From the NCBI GenBank assembly GCA_017645925.1, contig JAGCNN010000255.1:1-50591 (forward strand): a DNA stretch of 50,591 nt, given 5' to 3'. Below, piece by piece: positions 50,429-50,591 of this stretch. The notes under the pieces are model-generated. The model saw only the letters and a program-made list of their open reading frames with translations. It was not told the origin of the DNA and searched no databases. Origin of the DNA: Bacteroidales bacterium. GTDB taxonomy: Bacteria; Bacteroidota; Bacteroidia; Bacteroidales; ML635J-15. The first letter of the stretch is position 1. Every line of letters starts with the position of its first letter. The position numbers and the translations under genes were made by a program.

Positions 50429-50591
50429 TTAGTTCTCGTTGAAATCACAGTCGGTTTCGTGACCATACTCATGGCAGTCAATCAAATCTTTGATTCCTTC
50501 TGGCATCGGGAACTTATCATCCGGACTATACTTCTTGTTAAGCTTACGGTCTGCATACACCTTCTGCATATACAACGCCCATATTGGCAAA
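50429..50591 (-). CDS. C-terminus of a class A penicillin-binding protein (PBP1A-like); enters from the right edge
   Basis: Manual translation LPIWALYMQKVYADRKLNKKYSPDDKFPMPEGIKDLIDCHEYGHETDCDFNEN*. LPIW..(Y/F)M.KVY.D is the typical end of Bacteroidota PBP1A. Confidence 0.75.
   Translation of the reverse strand, partial: LPIWALYMQKVYADRKLNKKYSPDDKFPMPEGIKDLIDCHEYGHETDCDFNEN

Overview
Core-genome stretch of a Bacteroidota chromosome, probably Bacteroidales-like. The assignment rests on TAnnTTTG promoters, a tmRNA tag ending ENNYAFAA and type IX secretion (T9SS) genes. Housekeeping genes: arcB (partial), arcC, a deoxynucleoside kinase, pssA, purS, a stand-alone atpD-atpC pair, a polyprenyl synthase, purD, a RecQ helicase, tmRNA, aroB-aroA and the C-terminus of PBP1A. 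T9SS-related genes are unusually dense: a PorU-like C25 protein next to a PorV-like barrel, a 5895-aa CUB/SprB/HYR surface protein with a type-B CTD, a Lys-gingipain (Kgp)-like protease with a type-A CTD, and a PorE-like TPR/PD40/OmpA protein. Three observations stand out. (i) The Kgp homologue has Lys rather than Arg at its maturation site, so it may self-activate. (ii) Nine HYR-like repeats of the giant protein carry an unusual CxxC-(Asp/Pro)n insertion, and three of them were recently triplicated. (iii) There are unexplained non-coding structures: GTAG-type REP palindromes next to 7/8-mer tandem repeats, and two ~270-310 nt nested-hairpin elements between convergent genes. No transposase, integrase, phage gene or CRISPR array was seen. 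All homology calls come from recognising motifs by eye, not from database searches.
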